A DNA stretch of 27,724 nucleotides from NCBI GenBank assembly GCA_050246815.1, contig JBFWVI010000040.1, positions 1 to 27,724 on the forward strand, in the 5' to 3' direction. Position numbers and translations under genes: made by a program. The DNA comes from Bdellovibrionales bacterium. GTDB lineage: Bacteria > Bdellovibrionota > Bdellovibrionia > Bdellovibrionales > UBA1609. Shown piece after piece: positions 8,333-16,255 of this stretch. How positions within the stretch are numbered: position 1 is the first letter of the stretch; each line of letters opens with the position of its first letter. The notes beneath the pieces were generated by a model, which was given only the letters and a program-made list of their open reading frames with translations, was not told the DNA's origin and made no database searches.

Positions 8333-8647
8333 ATGCCCGAAGTCGTGCCCAACCTAGACGAAATCGAACGGCTCTTGACCCAGTCCATGAATGGGTTGCA
8401 CGTGCTTTTTGACAACGCCATGGTTGCCAAAATTTTACAAAAGCCGACCGAAGAGCTGGACTTCTTCAGCTTCGACAATCTGGATCGTATACAATCTTTG
8501 TTTACAAAATTCGTCGAACGCCCGACCCTGAACGACAAAAAGGATTTCATCGCCTCGCTGGACCGCGAAAGCTATGAGATCCTGGTCCGCACTTATTTTC
8601 ATATTGTCGACAATTCGATCTTAGCCGCCAACCGACCAAGGCACTAA
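8333..8647 (+). CDS. Hypothetical cytoplasmic protein, about 104 aa
   Basis: Clean ORF with plausible composition, divergent from the 7288-8154 gene. Confidence 0.7.
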   Translation: MPEVVPNLDEIERLLTQSMNGLHVLFDNAMVAKILQKPTEELDFFSFDNLDRIQSLFTKFVERPTLNDKKDFIASLDRESYEILVRTYFHIVDNSILAANRPRH

Positions 8648-8680
8648 AGCCTGAGGCCTCAGGCCACCGGCTCCTGACCC
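8646..8680. repeat. Heptamer patch with a 16-bp palindrome, related to the array at 763-818
   Basis: aaagcct gaggcct caggcca ccggctc ctgaccc. CCTCAGGCCACCGGC at 8657-8671 is identical to 774-788, and GCCTGAGGCCTCAGGC at 8649-8664 is a perfect palindrome. Confidence 0.6.
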
Positions 8681-8742
8681 CCAAAGCCGAAGAATACCGT
8701 CCGTACCTTCACTTCGAATTTGAATCGACCGATACCATTTTG

Positions 8743-9051
8743 ATGCGTTTTTTATTCACTCTTTTCATTCTGTTGACCACCACGGCCCAAGCCGAGTACC
8801 GCGCCTATGAACTGAACATCCGCAACCCCGAAACCGGCTCAGAACGTCGTGCGATCTCGACTTTGGACCATCTTCAATACTCCTCTTACTATCCCATCAA
8901 GACCGGCGAGGTCGTGGAGTACGTCACTTCCTGGCGCTGTTATGGCCGCACCGGAAGCTTTCGCAAGACCTGCCCCAATCCCAAAGCCGAGGGCATGGCC
9001 GCACCAACGGCCAATTCCGCTCCAGATCGCCAGCCTGCAGGCACACCCTAA
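8743..9051 (+). CDS. Small secreted hypothetical protein
   Basis: Signal peptide MRFLFTLFILLTTTAQA, WRCYG...CP cysteine pair and a low-complexity tail ending RQPAGTP. Confidence 0.75.
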   Translation: MRFLFTLFILLTTTAQAEYRAYELNIRNPETGSERRAISTLDHLQYSSYYPIKTGEVVEYVTSWRCYGRTGSFRKTCPNPKAEGMAAPTANSAPDRQPAGTP

Positions 9052-9100
9052 AAATTTCCACGCTATAATAAGGTGACCGCTCGACCATGGAGGGCCGCCG

Positions 9101-10654
9101 GTGAGCTCCGAGATTTCATCATCCGATCGCAGTCGCAACCAACAAGATCTAAAGGACTTGCAGGATCAATATCAGCGCAAGCGCCAAGAAATCATCGACC
9201 GCAACGAGCGCGAACTAAGCCGCATTGAACAAGGCTACAGCGAACAAAAAACCCAAATTCGCGAGCAGGGTGCCGCAGCCATCAATCACACCCGTAAACT
9301 CACCCAAGAACAGCTTGAACAGGTCCGCAAAAATCAAGACGAGCGTTTGAACTACGAAAACAAAGCCCTGGATCAACGCTACCAATCCCATCGTAAAAGT
9401 AAAGAAAATCAACTTGAGAGCCTCGAAGAAAACTTAGCGCGACAAAAAGAAGCGCTCTCGGGCCAAATCAAGGCCAGCCAAGCCCGCCAAAATGAGGTGG
9501 CTCAGAACGAAAGCAAACAAACCACAGAGCTGATGAAGCGCGCCCAAACCCAACGCCAGCAAATCGAACGTTCAAATTCGCAAGAAATCAGTGAATCAAG
9601 ACAAAGCACCAACCAGGCTCGCAATCAAATTTTGCAAAAATACCGCGACGAGCTTCGCAATCTTGATCAGCAACACCGTGAACAAATGAGCAAAACCCGC
9701 ACCGAACAGACTTTGACTCTTGAAGAAAGTCGCAAAATAGGCCACGAACGTGTCGAAAGCTTGCGCGGCCAGCAAAGCAAACTTTATGAAAGCGAGCGCC
9801 AAACCGCGAATAAAAATCTCAATCAGTTGCGCAACATGACTCGCCAGGAACAAGAGCAGGTAAAAATCGAAAATGAAAAACGCTTAAACCACGTGCGCAG
9901 CGAACAAGATAAACAACTAAAGGATACCCGCACGGTTGGCCAACAAAATCTCGAACAAACCAATTTGTACTACCGCCAGCAACAGGCCGACCTGCACAAA
10001 GAGGGTGATCAAGAGATTGCCGTTAAGCGCGACGAACACCGCAAAAAAATGCAAGTTCAGCGCGAACAGCAGTCTAAGGATTTAGAAGAGCTTAAAAAGA
10101 AACAGATCCAAGAAAAAGATTTTTCACAAAAAGCCCATCGCAGCGAGATGGAGCGCAACGAAAACTTCTACCGCCAAGAGCTGCATGGGCAACACGGCGA
10201 GTTTCAAGATACCTTCATAAAAAATCAGATGCAAAATCAGGAAGCCTTACAAGGCCAACAACAGCGCATCTTAAACCAACTGGAAGAGCAAAAAAAGAAC
10301 ACCATGCAGCATGCCGGCAAATACAACGACCGACGTGAGGACCCCTTTTATCAAATGCTCGCGCCCACCACCTCGATGCGCGAAGAAAGCAATTACTACG
10401 TGGTCGAAACCAAAATTCCCGAGCATGAAAAAAACAATTTCGACATTCGCGTGAAAGACGACAAAGTGGTGGTCACCGGCAAACGTGCCTTCAATGATGA
10501 ATTAAAAGGCGACAACCACCGCATGGCCACCAATTCCTATCAAACCTTCCGCGAAGAAATTAAACTGGATCAACCCGTCGCCGACAAACTAGTGCAAAAG
10601 ACCTATCAAAACGGCGTCTTAAGTGTGCGCATCCCCAAAATCGGCAAAGGCTGA
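9101..10654 (+). CDS. Long coiled-coil protein with a C-terminal Hsp20/alpha-crystallin domain
   Basis: About 410 aa rich in Q/E/R/K and lacking Pro, then MREESNYYVVETKIP...IRVKDDKVVVTG...YQTFREEIKL...TYQNGVLSVRIPK. GTG start after GGAGGG. Confidence 0.85.
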   Translation: MSSEISSSDRSRNQQDLKDLQDQYQRKRQEIIDRNERELSRIEQGYSEQKTQIREQGAAAINHTRKLTQEQLEQVRKNQDERLNYENKALDQRYQSHRKSKENQLESLEENLARQKEALSGQIKASQARQNEVAQNESKQTTELMKRAQTQRQQIERSNSQEISESRQSTNQARNQILQKYRDELRNLDQQHREQMSKTRTEQTLTLEESRKIGHERVESLRGQQSKLYESERQTANKNLNQLRNMTRQEQEQVKIENEKRLNHVRSEQDKQLKDTRTVGQQNLEQTNLYYRQQQADLHKEGDQEIAVKRDEHRKKMQVQREQQSKDLEELKKKQIQEKDFSQKAHRSEMERNENFYRQELHGQHGEFQDTFIKNQMQNQEALQGQQQRILNQLEEQKKNTMQHAGKYNDRREDPFYQMLAPTTSMREESNYYVVETKIPEHEKNNFDIRVKDDKVVVTGKRAFNDELKGDNHRMATNSYQTFREEIKLDQPVADKLVQKTYQNGVLSVRIPKIGKG

Positions 10655-10791
10655 GTCGCCGCCTAGTTTTGTCACTTCCAAGCCACTTTTTTGCCTTTTC
10701 AACGCCACCTCAAAACCTATCCCTTAGTGTTTTCAGGTCTTTGGCTTGACTAACCGCCCCACTTCGGAAGAAATTCTCGCCCCCCCATCCC

Positions 10792-10807
10792 TGGCACAAT
10801 TATTGAT
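10792..10807 (+). promoter_or_regulatory. sigma54-like -24/-12 element (TTGA variant)
   Basis: TGGCACAATTATTGAT about 40 nt upstream of GTG 10847. Confidence 0.5.
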
Positions 10808-10846
10808 GCCTTGGACAGGCTGACCCCTTTTAGAGAGGCCTCGAAC

Positions 10847-11620
10847 GTGAATTCAATCCACCTGATCAAGCTGAGTTTTGCCTTCTGCACAACGCTTATC
10901 CTGCTGCCGCAAGCCCATGCCATGGGGGCTCGTGTCCGGTCGACGCAAACTCCTTGCGATTATGAATTGGACTCCAAACAGCAGTCTTCGCTGCAACAAA
11001 AACGCGCATACAACAAGATCAAGGGCGCAATCTACGATGAGGTCTTACGCTCGCTTTACGCTCGCAGCAAAGGTGCCGTCGCACGGCGAAGCGGCCTCTC
11101 ACAAGTGAAAATCACCCTCAACAAGGACGCACAAAAAAAGGACACCATCACTTTAGACGTCAATATGGGGCGCTTTCAGACTATTTCGCGCCTCTTCAAG
11201 GAGTACCATAAACGTGATTTGGAAATGTTTGAGGTCTATTTGACTCTTCATAAGACTGGCCACTTCAAGCCCTTAGAAGATGTGTTGTCGCATTGGTTGC
11301 ACCGTCGTGATGGCCAAGATCTGCTGCTGGCCACTGAACTCGATATTGAAAAAGAGGTTCTTACCGAGCTCAAAGCAATACAAGACGCGCCGGACGCGCC
11401 GATTGAAGATGTGGTGCGCTTTGATGAGCACGGCGTTTCCCACGCAATTCAAATCGAGCGATTGAACCTATTGAGCACCACCTATCGACGCATGTGGTTC
11501 CGTGATCTCACTATGCAAGATGAGTTGCTGAGCAGCTTCTTACTACCCACCATCGTGGAAGCCTTAAGCCCACGTGGCTTGGGCCCGCTCAAAGCGCTCG
11601 GCCCAAAAGAACAAAAATAA
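10847..11620 (+). CDS. Hypothetical secreted protein
   Basis: GTG after AGAGG, signal-peptide-like N-terminus ending QAHA, followed by a strong terminator. Confidence 0.7.
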   Translation: MNSIHLIKLSFAFCTTLILLPQAHAMGARVRSTQTPCDYELDSKQQSSLQQKRAYNKIKGAIYDEVLRSLYARSKGAVARRSGLSQVKITLNKDAQKKDTITLDVNMGRFQTISRLFKEYHKRDLEMFEVYLTLHKTGHFKPLEDVLSHWLHRRDGQDLLLATELDIEKEVLTELKAIQDAPDAPIEDVVRFDEHGVSHAIQIERLNLLSTTYRRMWFRDLTMQDELLSSFLLPTIVEALSPRGLGPLKALGPKEQK

Positions 11621-11640
11621 AACGATTTCTGTCTCGCGCG

Positions 11641-11682
11641 AAATAAAAAAGCCGCTTCGTAAGAGCGGCTTTTTTATTTTTT
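11641..11682. terminator. Bidirectional rho-independent terminator
   Basis: AAATAAAAAAGCCGCT-tcgtaag-AGCGGCTTTTTTATTT between convergent genes. Confidence 0.92.
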
Positions 11683-11704
11683 AAAATGTGTGGGGAGGCG
11701 AAAG

Positions 11705-11923
11705 CTATCTGACGATCAGCGAACGAACTTCGCTCATCACAAAACGCAGGCGTCCATGCAGATCCTCGAGCTGGGCCATGTTGGCGCGAAACTGCTCGAT
11801 CACATCAAGACGTTCGCTTTCCAAACCCGGGACCTCGCGGTACGCGTAGTTTGAAATCTGAGCGGCACGCTCCGTGCGCGTCTCACTATTTTTTATTTGG
11901 TTACGCAATTCTTGCATCGCCAT
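11705..11923 (-). CDS. Small helical hypothetical protein, 72 aa
   Basis: ATG after AAGGAG, heptad-like C-terminal half, ends next to the terminator. Confidence 0.75.
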   Translation of the reverse strand: MAMQELRNQIKNSETRTERAAQISNYAYREVPGLESERLDVIEQFRANMAQLEDLHGRLRFVMSEVRSLIVR

Positions 11924-12120
11924 TTTTATGCTCCTTAAAGCTGAAGCCGAGTTCCCTCGTGAAACCCGCTCTGGAAGCCTGTAACAAGATTCATTCTAGC
12001 GCCGTGCTTCCGAAACCTAAAACTTAAATTACCTTACAAGTATCAGTTACCGCATCGCGAGTTCCAAAGTGGAACTTTTTTCACAAACGTCAAGTTGCTT
12101 ACAAAAATCAATTTTCATCC

Positions 12121-12750
12121 TCAGTTGTACTCACAATGGATCGAGTCCTCGTCAATTTTGTTGATGGCTCGTCGATCAATTCCTTCATTCAAAGTCACAT
12201 TCATTACGCTGGTCGGCTGGGCATTGTGAGCTAGACCAAGGGCGTGGCCCAACTCGTGGACAATCAGGCTCTTAAAATCGACCCCAGAAAAGCTGGTTTC
12301 ATGTCCCACATAAAACGTGTGGTTCTTCGCGTTAATGCGGATGTCCGCCTCGTATATTTGAGATCCGGACCAATATATTGTAGTTCGGGCCTGTTCTAAG
12401 TTCTTGTTCTCTTCCCAGGTATCCATCCAATAGATCATGGAATAGCCATCCTTTTTGGGAGCATTGTCGCCCCCCACTTGAAAGGCCTCCAGGCGAAACA
12501 CTTCGCGGCCCGCCTTGCGGTTCCAATCTTCGACCGCTTCGCGCAGCACAGACTCCGTCTGCGGGTGAGCCTCTAGCGGCATCGAACGGTGAACATATAA
12601 CTTCACCGGAAGACTCTGATTCCAAGAGACCCGCTGCAGATCACCGTTTTGCACAAAGTTGCAAGATGGCTGGGGGTCAAAACGCCGCGAACACGCCATA
12701 AGCGAGGTTAAAAGAACCATGGTTGCTAAAATCAGTAGCCGGGTTCGCAT
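12121..12750 (-). CDS. Matrixin (M10-like) zinc metalloprotease lipoprotein
   Basis: HELGHALGLAH zinc motif, SVM Met-turn, ADIRIN and lipobox LMA-C. ATG 12750 after GGAGG. Confidence 0.9.
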   Translation of the reverse strand: MRTRLLILATMVLLTSLMACSRRFDPQPSCNFVQNGDLQRVSWNQSLPVKLYVHRSMPLEAHPQTESVLREAVEDWNRKAGREVFRLEAFQVGGDNAPKKDGYSMIYWMDTWEENKNLEQARTTIYWSGSQIYEADIRINAKNHTFYVGHETSFSGVDFKSLIVHELGHALGLAHNAQPTSVMNVTLNEGIDRRAINKIDEDSIHCEYN

Positions 12751-13036
12751 AAGCCTAAAAGCCTCCACACCCCTCCATAAGGCAAAGTCGAGACCGGCCC
12801 CGTAAATTTTCAACTATTTGAAATTACTTATTTTTATTGCATCAAAACAAAAGTGGCCAACGGCCATAACGGCTAAAATGAATTAAAATGTATTCGCTGA
12901 AAACCCAGAAATCACGTTAACCATATGATTTATTTAAAGAAAACCAAGTGTCAGGTCATTAACACCTGTTCAGGCTCACTTTTGCCTCCTGCGCCATTAG
13001 CTAGGCTTATAGATTCGATTTGGCCCTTCGATTGGA

Positions 13037-13058
13037 AAACGACACCACAGTGTCGTTT
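13037..13058. promoter_or_regulatory. Palindrome AAACGACAC-caca-GTGTCGTTT, candidate enhancer (UAS)
   Basis: Perfect 9-4-9 inverted repeat about 90-110 bp upstream of a consensus sigma54 element. Confidence 0.5.
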
Positions 13059-13145
13059 CGCACCCGATTGCACCACTTTGCGCGACTAGCCATAAGACCA
13101 GCTTCACCACGTTTCAGCCTTTAGTGCGATTTGGCCCCAATGGCG

Positions 13146-13161
13146 TGGCACCTGGCTTGCC
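13146..13161 (+). promoter_or_regulatory. sigma54 promoter
   Basis: TGGCACCTGGCTTGCC matches TGGCAC-N5-TTGC exactly, within a long intergenic region. Confidence 0.7.
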
Positions 13162-13171
13162 TATGTACATC

Positions 13172-13340
13172 AGTGTGTTTTCCAGCCGGCTCCATCCACA
13201 ATCGTGGGATCTGAAGAGCCACAAAACCCGCGAAAACCTACCAACGCCAAGGGGGGAGCAGAAAAGCTCCCTACCTCCATTTGTGGAGGGCGATCAGTTC
13301 ACTTGAAACTGTACTGACACAGAGCCCACAAAAGTTTTAA
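13172..13340 (+). ncRNA. Candidate structured leader or sRNA
   Basis: Four consecutive hairpins downstream of the sigma54 element. No family recognised. Confidence 0.3.
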
Positions 13341-13364
13341 AATAAATGTACCTTGAGGGGTCTT

Positions 13365-14483
13365 ATGAAGCCTGCTTTCTGCATATTGCTGTTATTCGCC
13401 TTTCAAACCTCTTACGCCGTGGAAGTACCCTGTAAGCAGGAACTGGCCCGCGCTCAACGTCTGAAACTTAAAGGCGAAGCCGAAGTCTTCGATGCCACGA
13501 TCAGCGCAAGTGCCACCGACATAAAAAAAATCGATACGGCCTGGGAGAAGCTGGGCGAAAGCGTACATAATGCCCGCTATTTAAGAACTTACCTCAGATA
13601 CGACTTGGACATGGATGAGCTGAAAAGGCCTCGTCTATTGACCCCCGAAAAGCGCCTGGCCATGATCAAAAAATTAGAGGAAATCGAAAGAACTTTGCCT
13701 GACGATTGGCAAACCCTGACCAAAGGGGTTCCCAACGCCCCTGTTTTTGGCTTAAAAAATCAATTGGAACGGGATTTACCAAATGCCAATCGCAAAGGCA
13801 GTTATTATCAGTATCCAGCCCCTTATGAACAAAAAATCGTCTTCTTTCGCGACCAACTTAAAAACCAAGTTCAATACGTAGATTACCTTTCAAGCGCGAG
13901 TGCCACCATTTCGCACAATCCCGTGGTGGTGGCGATCGACACCAAAACATGCCAAGCCACCGCCAACTGGAAAGCGGTGTGCCGGCGCCTGCGACAACTC
14001 AAAACCGACACTCAATTTAAAGTTTCAGATTATCGCTCAAACCCCAAGTACCGCCGCCAAATGGACCGTGAATTTCAGCGTGTGATGGGCCGCTGCAAAG
14101 AGGCCGGAGGCCATGTGATCGTCATGGGAATGGTCAAAGACACCGCCGTCCGCAAAGAATGGACTGGGCTGGACGCTCTTGATGTGTCGATGAAAGCCGA
14201 CGCTCCGGATGAGCGCACTTTGTTCTGTCGTTGCGCTTCAGAGCGCATGGGGCAAATGGATTCTTTCGCTAAACGCTGCGATGACCAAATTACCCCGGAC
14301 GGAAAGCAGCTCCTGCAAGAGATCGGAGGCCTGACAACCTCACGTGAAACCTACAATCATCTGGCTCTGAATTTGAAACCAAAATCGGGTTTGGTGACCA
14401 CGTTCTGTGACGTATTCGCGCCGACGGATCAAAATATTGAGGCCTTAGATCAACCCCGACGCCCGCCGGGCGCGGCTCGATAA
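13365..14483 (+). CDS. Hypothetical secreted Cys-containing protein
   Basis: ATG after GAGGGG, signal peptide ending SYA, eight Cys in the mature region. Confidence 0.75.
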   Translation: MKPAFCILLLFAFQTSYAVEVPCKQELARAQRLKLKGEAEVFDATISASATDIKKIDTAWEKLGESVHNARYLRTYLRYDLDMDELKRPRLLTPEKRLAMIKKLEEIERTLPDDWQTLTKGVPNAPVFGLKNQLERDLPNANRKGSYYQYPAPYEQKIVFFRDQLKNQVQYVDYLSSASATISHNPVVVAIDTKTCQATANWKAVCRRLRQLKTDTQFKVSDYRSNPKYRRQMDREFQRVMGRCKEAGGHVIVMGMVKDTAVRKEWTGLDALDVSMKADAPDERTLFCRCASERMGQMDSFAKRCDDQITPDGKQLLQEIGGLTTSRETYNHLALNLKPKSGLVTTFCDVFAPTDQNIEALDQPRRPPGAAR

Positions 14484-14484
14484 C

Positions 14485-15156
14485 TTAGGGCGCATAACGA
14501 TAACCCACACCGCGCACCGTTTGAATACTATTGGCGTAGTTGGGTAGTTTTTTTCGCAGTGAAGCCATATGCACATCGATGGTGCGATCAGTGACTGCCA
14601 AGCTTTCTAAAGCCATTTCGCGCAAACGATCGCGGGTTAAAACCCGGCCCTGATTACGCAGCAATTCGGTCAAAATACGAAACTCGGTTAAGGTCAGGTG
14701 CACTTCTTCTTTATCTTGGAAAACTTTGTGCGATTTCAGATCAATCGCCAACCCGCCAGCTTCAATCTGTTCAGCTTCAAAAAGGTCCGCGCGGCGACGC
14801 AAAACCGCCCGCAATCGTGCGGCCAACTCCCGCGGCGAAAAGGGTTTGACCACATAGTCATCGGCCCCCACTTCAAGAGCCGAAACTTTTTCCTGCTCGC
14901 CAGCGCACCCCGTGACCATGATCAACACCAAGCCACGCCACTGCGGCTCACGGCGAAGAGAACGGATCAAATCAATACCGGATTGGCCAGGCAGGCGATA
15001 GTCAATCAACAAGGCATCTGGGCGAAAGCTTTCCAGGGATTGTCGCACTTGCAACGGATCCTGCAATGCTTCCACAACAAAGCCTTCGTCTTTCAACACA
15101 CTACTCAAATACTCGCACACATCAATTTCGTCATCGATCACTAAGACTCGGCTCAC
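14485..15156 (-). CDS. OmpR/PhoB-family response regulator (no cognate kinase in window)
   Basis: VLVIDDE, phosphoacceptor in LLIDYRLP, GADDYVVKPFS, and winged helix with LTLTEF, DRTIDVHMASLRKK and IQTVRGVGY. Confidence 0.95.
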   Translation of the reverse strand: MSRVLVIDDEIDVCEYLSSVLKDEGFVVEALQDPLQVRQSLESFRPDALLIDYRLPGQSGIDLIRSLRREPQWRGLVLIMVTGCAGEQEKVSALEVGADDYVVKPFSPRELAARLRAVLRRRADLFEAEQIEAGGLAIDLKSHKVFQDKEEVHLTLTEFRILTELLRNQGRVLTRDRLREMALESLAVTDRTIDVHMASLRKKLPNYANSIQTVRGVGYRYAP

Positions 15157-15225
15157 GTGGCCCCCTCGAATTGGTATGGTAAACGAGAGTCGGTTAGAAA
15201 TTCAACCGCATGCTGCGGAAGATCA

Positions 15226-16131
15226 TTAATGGCTGATCCCTGCACGCAATTTATCTAACAACTCTTCCAGTTCTTTGATTTCCAATGTGTACTGGCGGCC
15301 ACAGAATTCGCATTTGGCCCGCGCAGGTTCCTGCTCTTCAATCATCTTTTCAACTTCAAAATGCCCCAAAAGCATCAGGGCGTTGGCCAAGCGCTCTTTG
15401 GAGCAACGACACTTATACTCCAGGCTATATGGATGCTCCAAATCGACCAAATTAAATCCCTTTAGGTACATGTCGCATATGTCGCGAGTGGTCGCACCGT
15501 CAGCCAGGCTTTCTGAGAGCGAGACTCGGCCCGCAAAGTTGCTTTCAAGGCTTTTGACAAGCTCTTCAGGCGCACCCGGCATCAGTTCGATCAAAATACC
15601 CCCCGCCGACTCCACCAAGCCAAACGCATTCACTTTCACCCCAAGCGAAACAATGGAGCGGGTCTGCAAGGACTGCATCAGATAAAAAGCCAAATCATCG
15701 CCCACTTCGCCGGTTTGAATTTCAACACTGCCACGATGGGCGTTCTTTTGGTTGGGCGTAGTGCGCACCACAGTCAAAAGTCCCTTGCCGATGGCTAAGC
15801 CAATATTCACGGAGCCCAATTTCTTATGCACTTCCAACTGCGGATGCGAAGTGTAACCTCGCACCTCGCCTTCATAGCTGGCTTCGGCAAAAAACATCTC
15901 AAGCGGGCCATCGCCACGAAAATAAAGACTGATCATGTTTTGCGGCTTCAATTGAGAGGCCATCAGACTGGCCGCCACCATGGATCTGCCCACCGCCATG
16001 GTGGCCACAGGGTAAGTGCTTTGAATGGTCTGCATCTCACGCACCACATGGGTGGCATTCACAATGGCCGCACGAAACAGCATGTCGTGTGACACGTATC
16101 TTTTGATCTTCTCAGGTAGCGCCTCAGGCAT
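15226..16131 (-). CDS. hslO: Hsp33 redox-regulated chaperone
   Basis: GDGP, GEVRGY, YLMQSLQ, AGGILIELMPGA and the CRC...CEFC zinc motif. Confidence 0.95.
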   Translation of the reverse strand: MPEALPEKIKRYVSHDMLFRAAIVNATHVVREMQTIQSTYPVATMAVGRSMVAASLMASQLKPQNMISLYFRGDGPLEMFFAEASYEGEVRGYTSHPQLEVHKKLGSVNIGLAIGKGLLTVVRTTPNQKNAHRGSVEIQTGEVGDDLAFYLMQSLQTRSIVSLGVKVNAFGLVESAGGILIELMPGAPEELVKSLESNFAGRVSLSESLADGATTRDICDMYLKGFNLVDLEHPYSLEYKCRCSKERLANALMLLGHFEVEKMIEEQEPARAKCEFCGRQYTLEIKELEELLDKLRAGISH

Positions 16132-16255
16132 TCCCCATAACTACTGAAAAACAGGCAAAAATCAACGTTTTTTACGGGCCAACCGTCGGCCTTGAAATCG
16201 CTTGCAAAGGTGCTGACGCTTGAAGATACTCGCCCGCATCCAAGGAGATGAGGGG

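Noticed and set aside
11995..12076. sigma54 element and operator upstream of the 72-aa gene (AAGCAC-N5-TAGA; AGTTCCA-aag-TGGAACT at 12060-12076)
   Set aside because: The -24 GG is missing and the palindrome occurs only once, so support is too weak.
13124..13306. 60-aa ORF in the intergenic region
   Set aside because: No RBS, it overlaps the sigma54 element and hairpins, and the composition is not protein-like.
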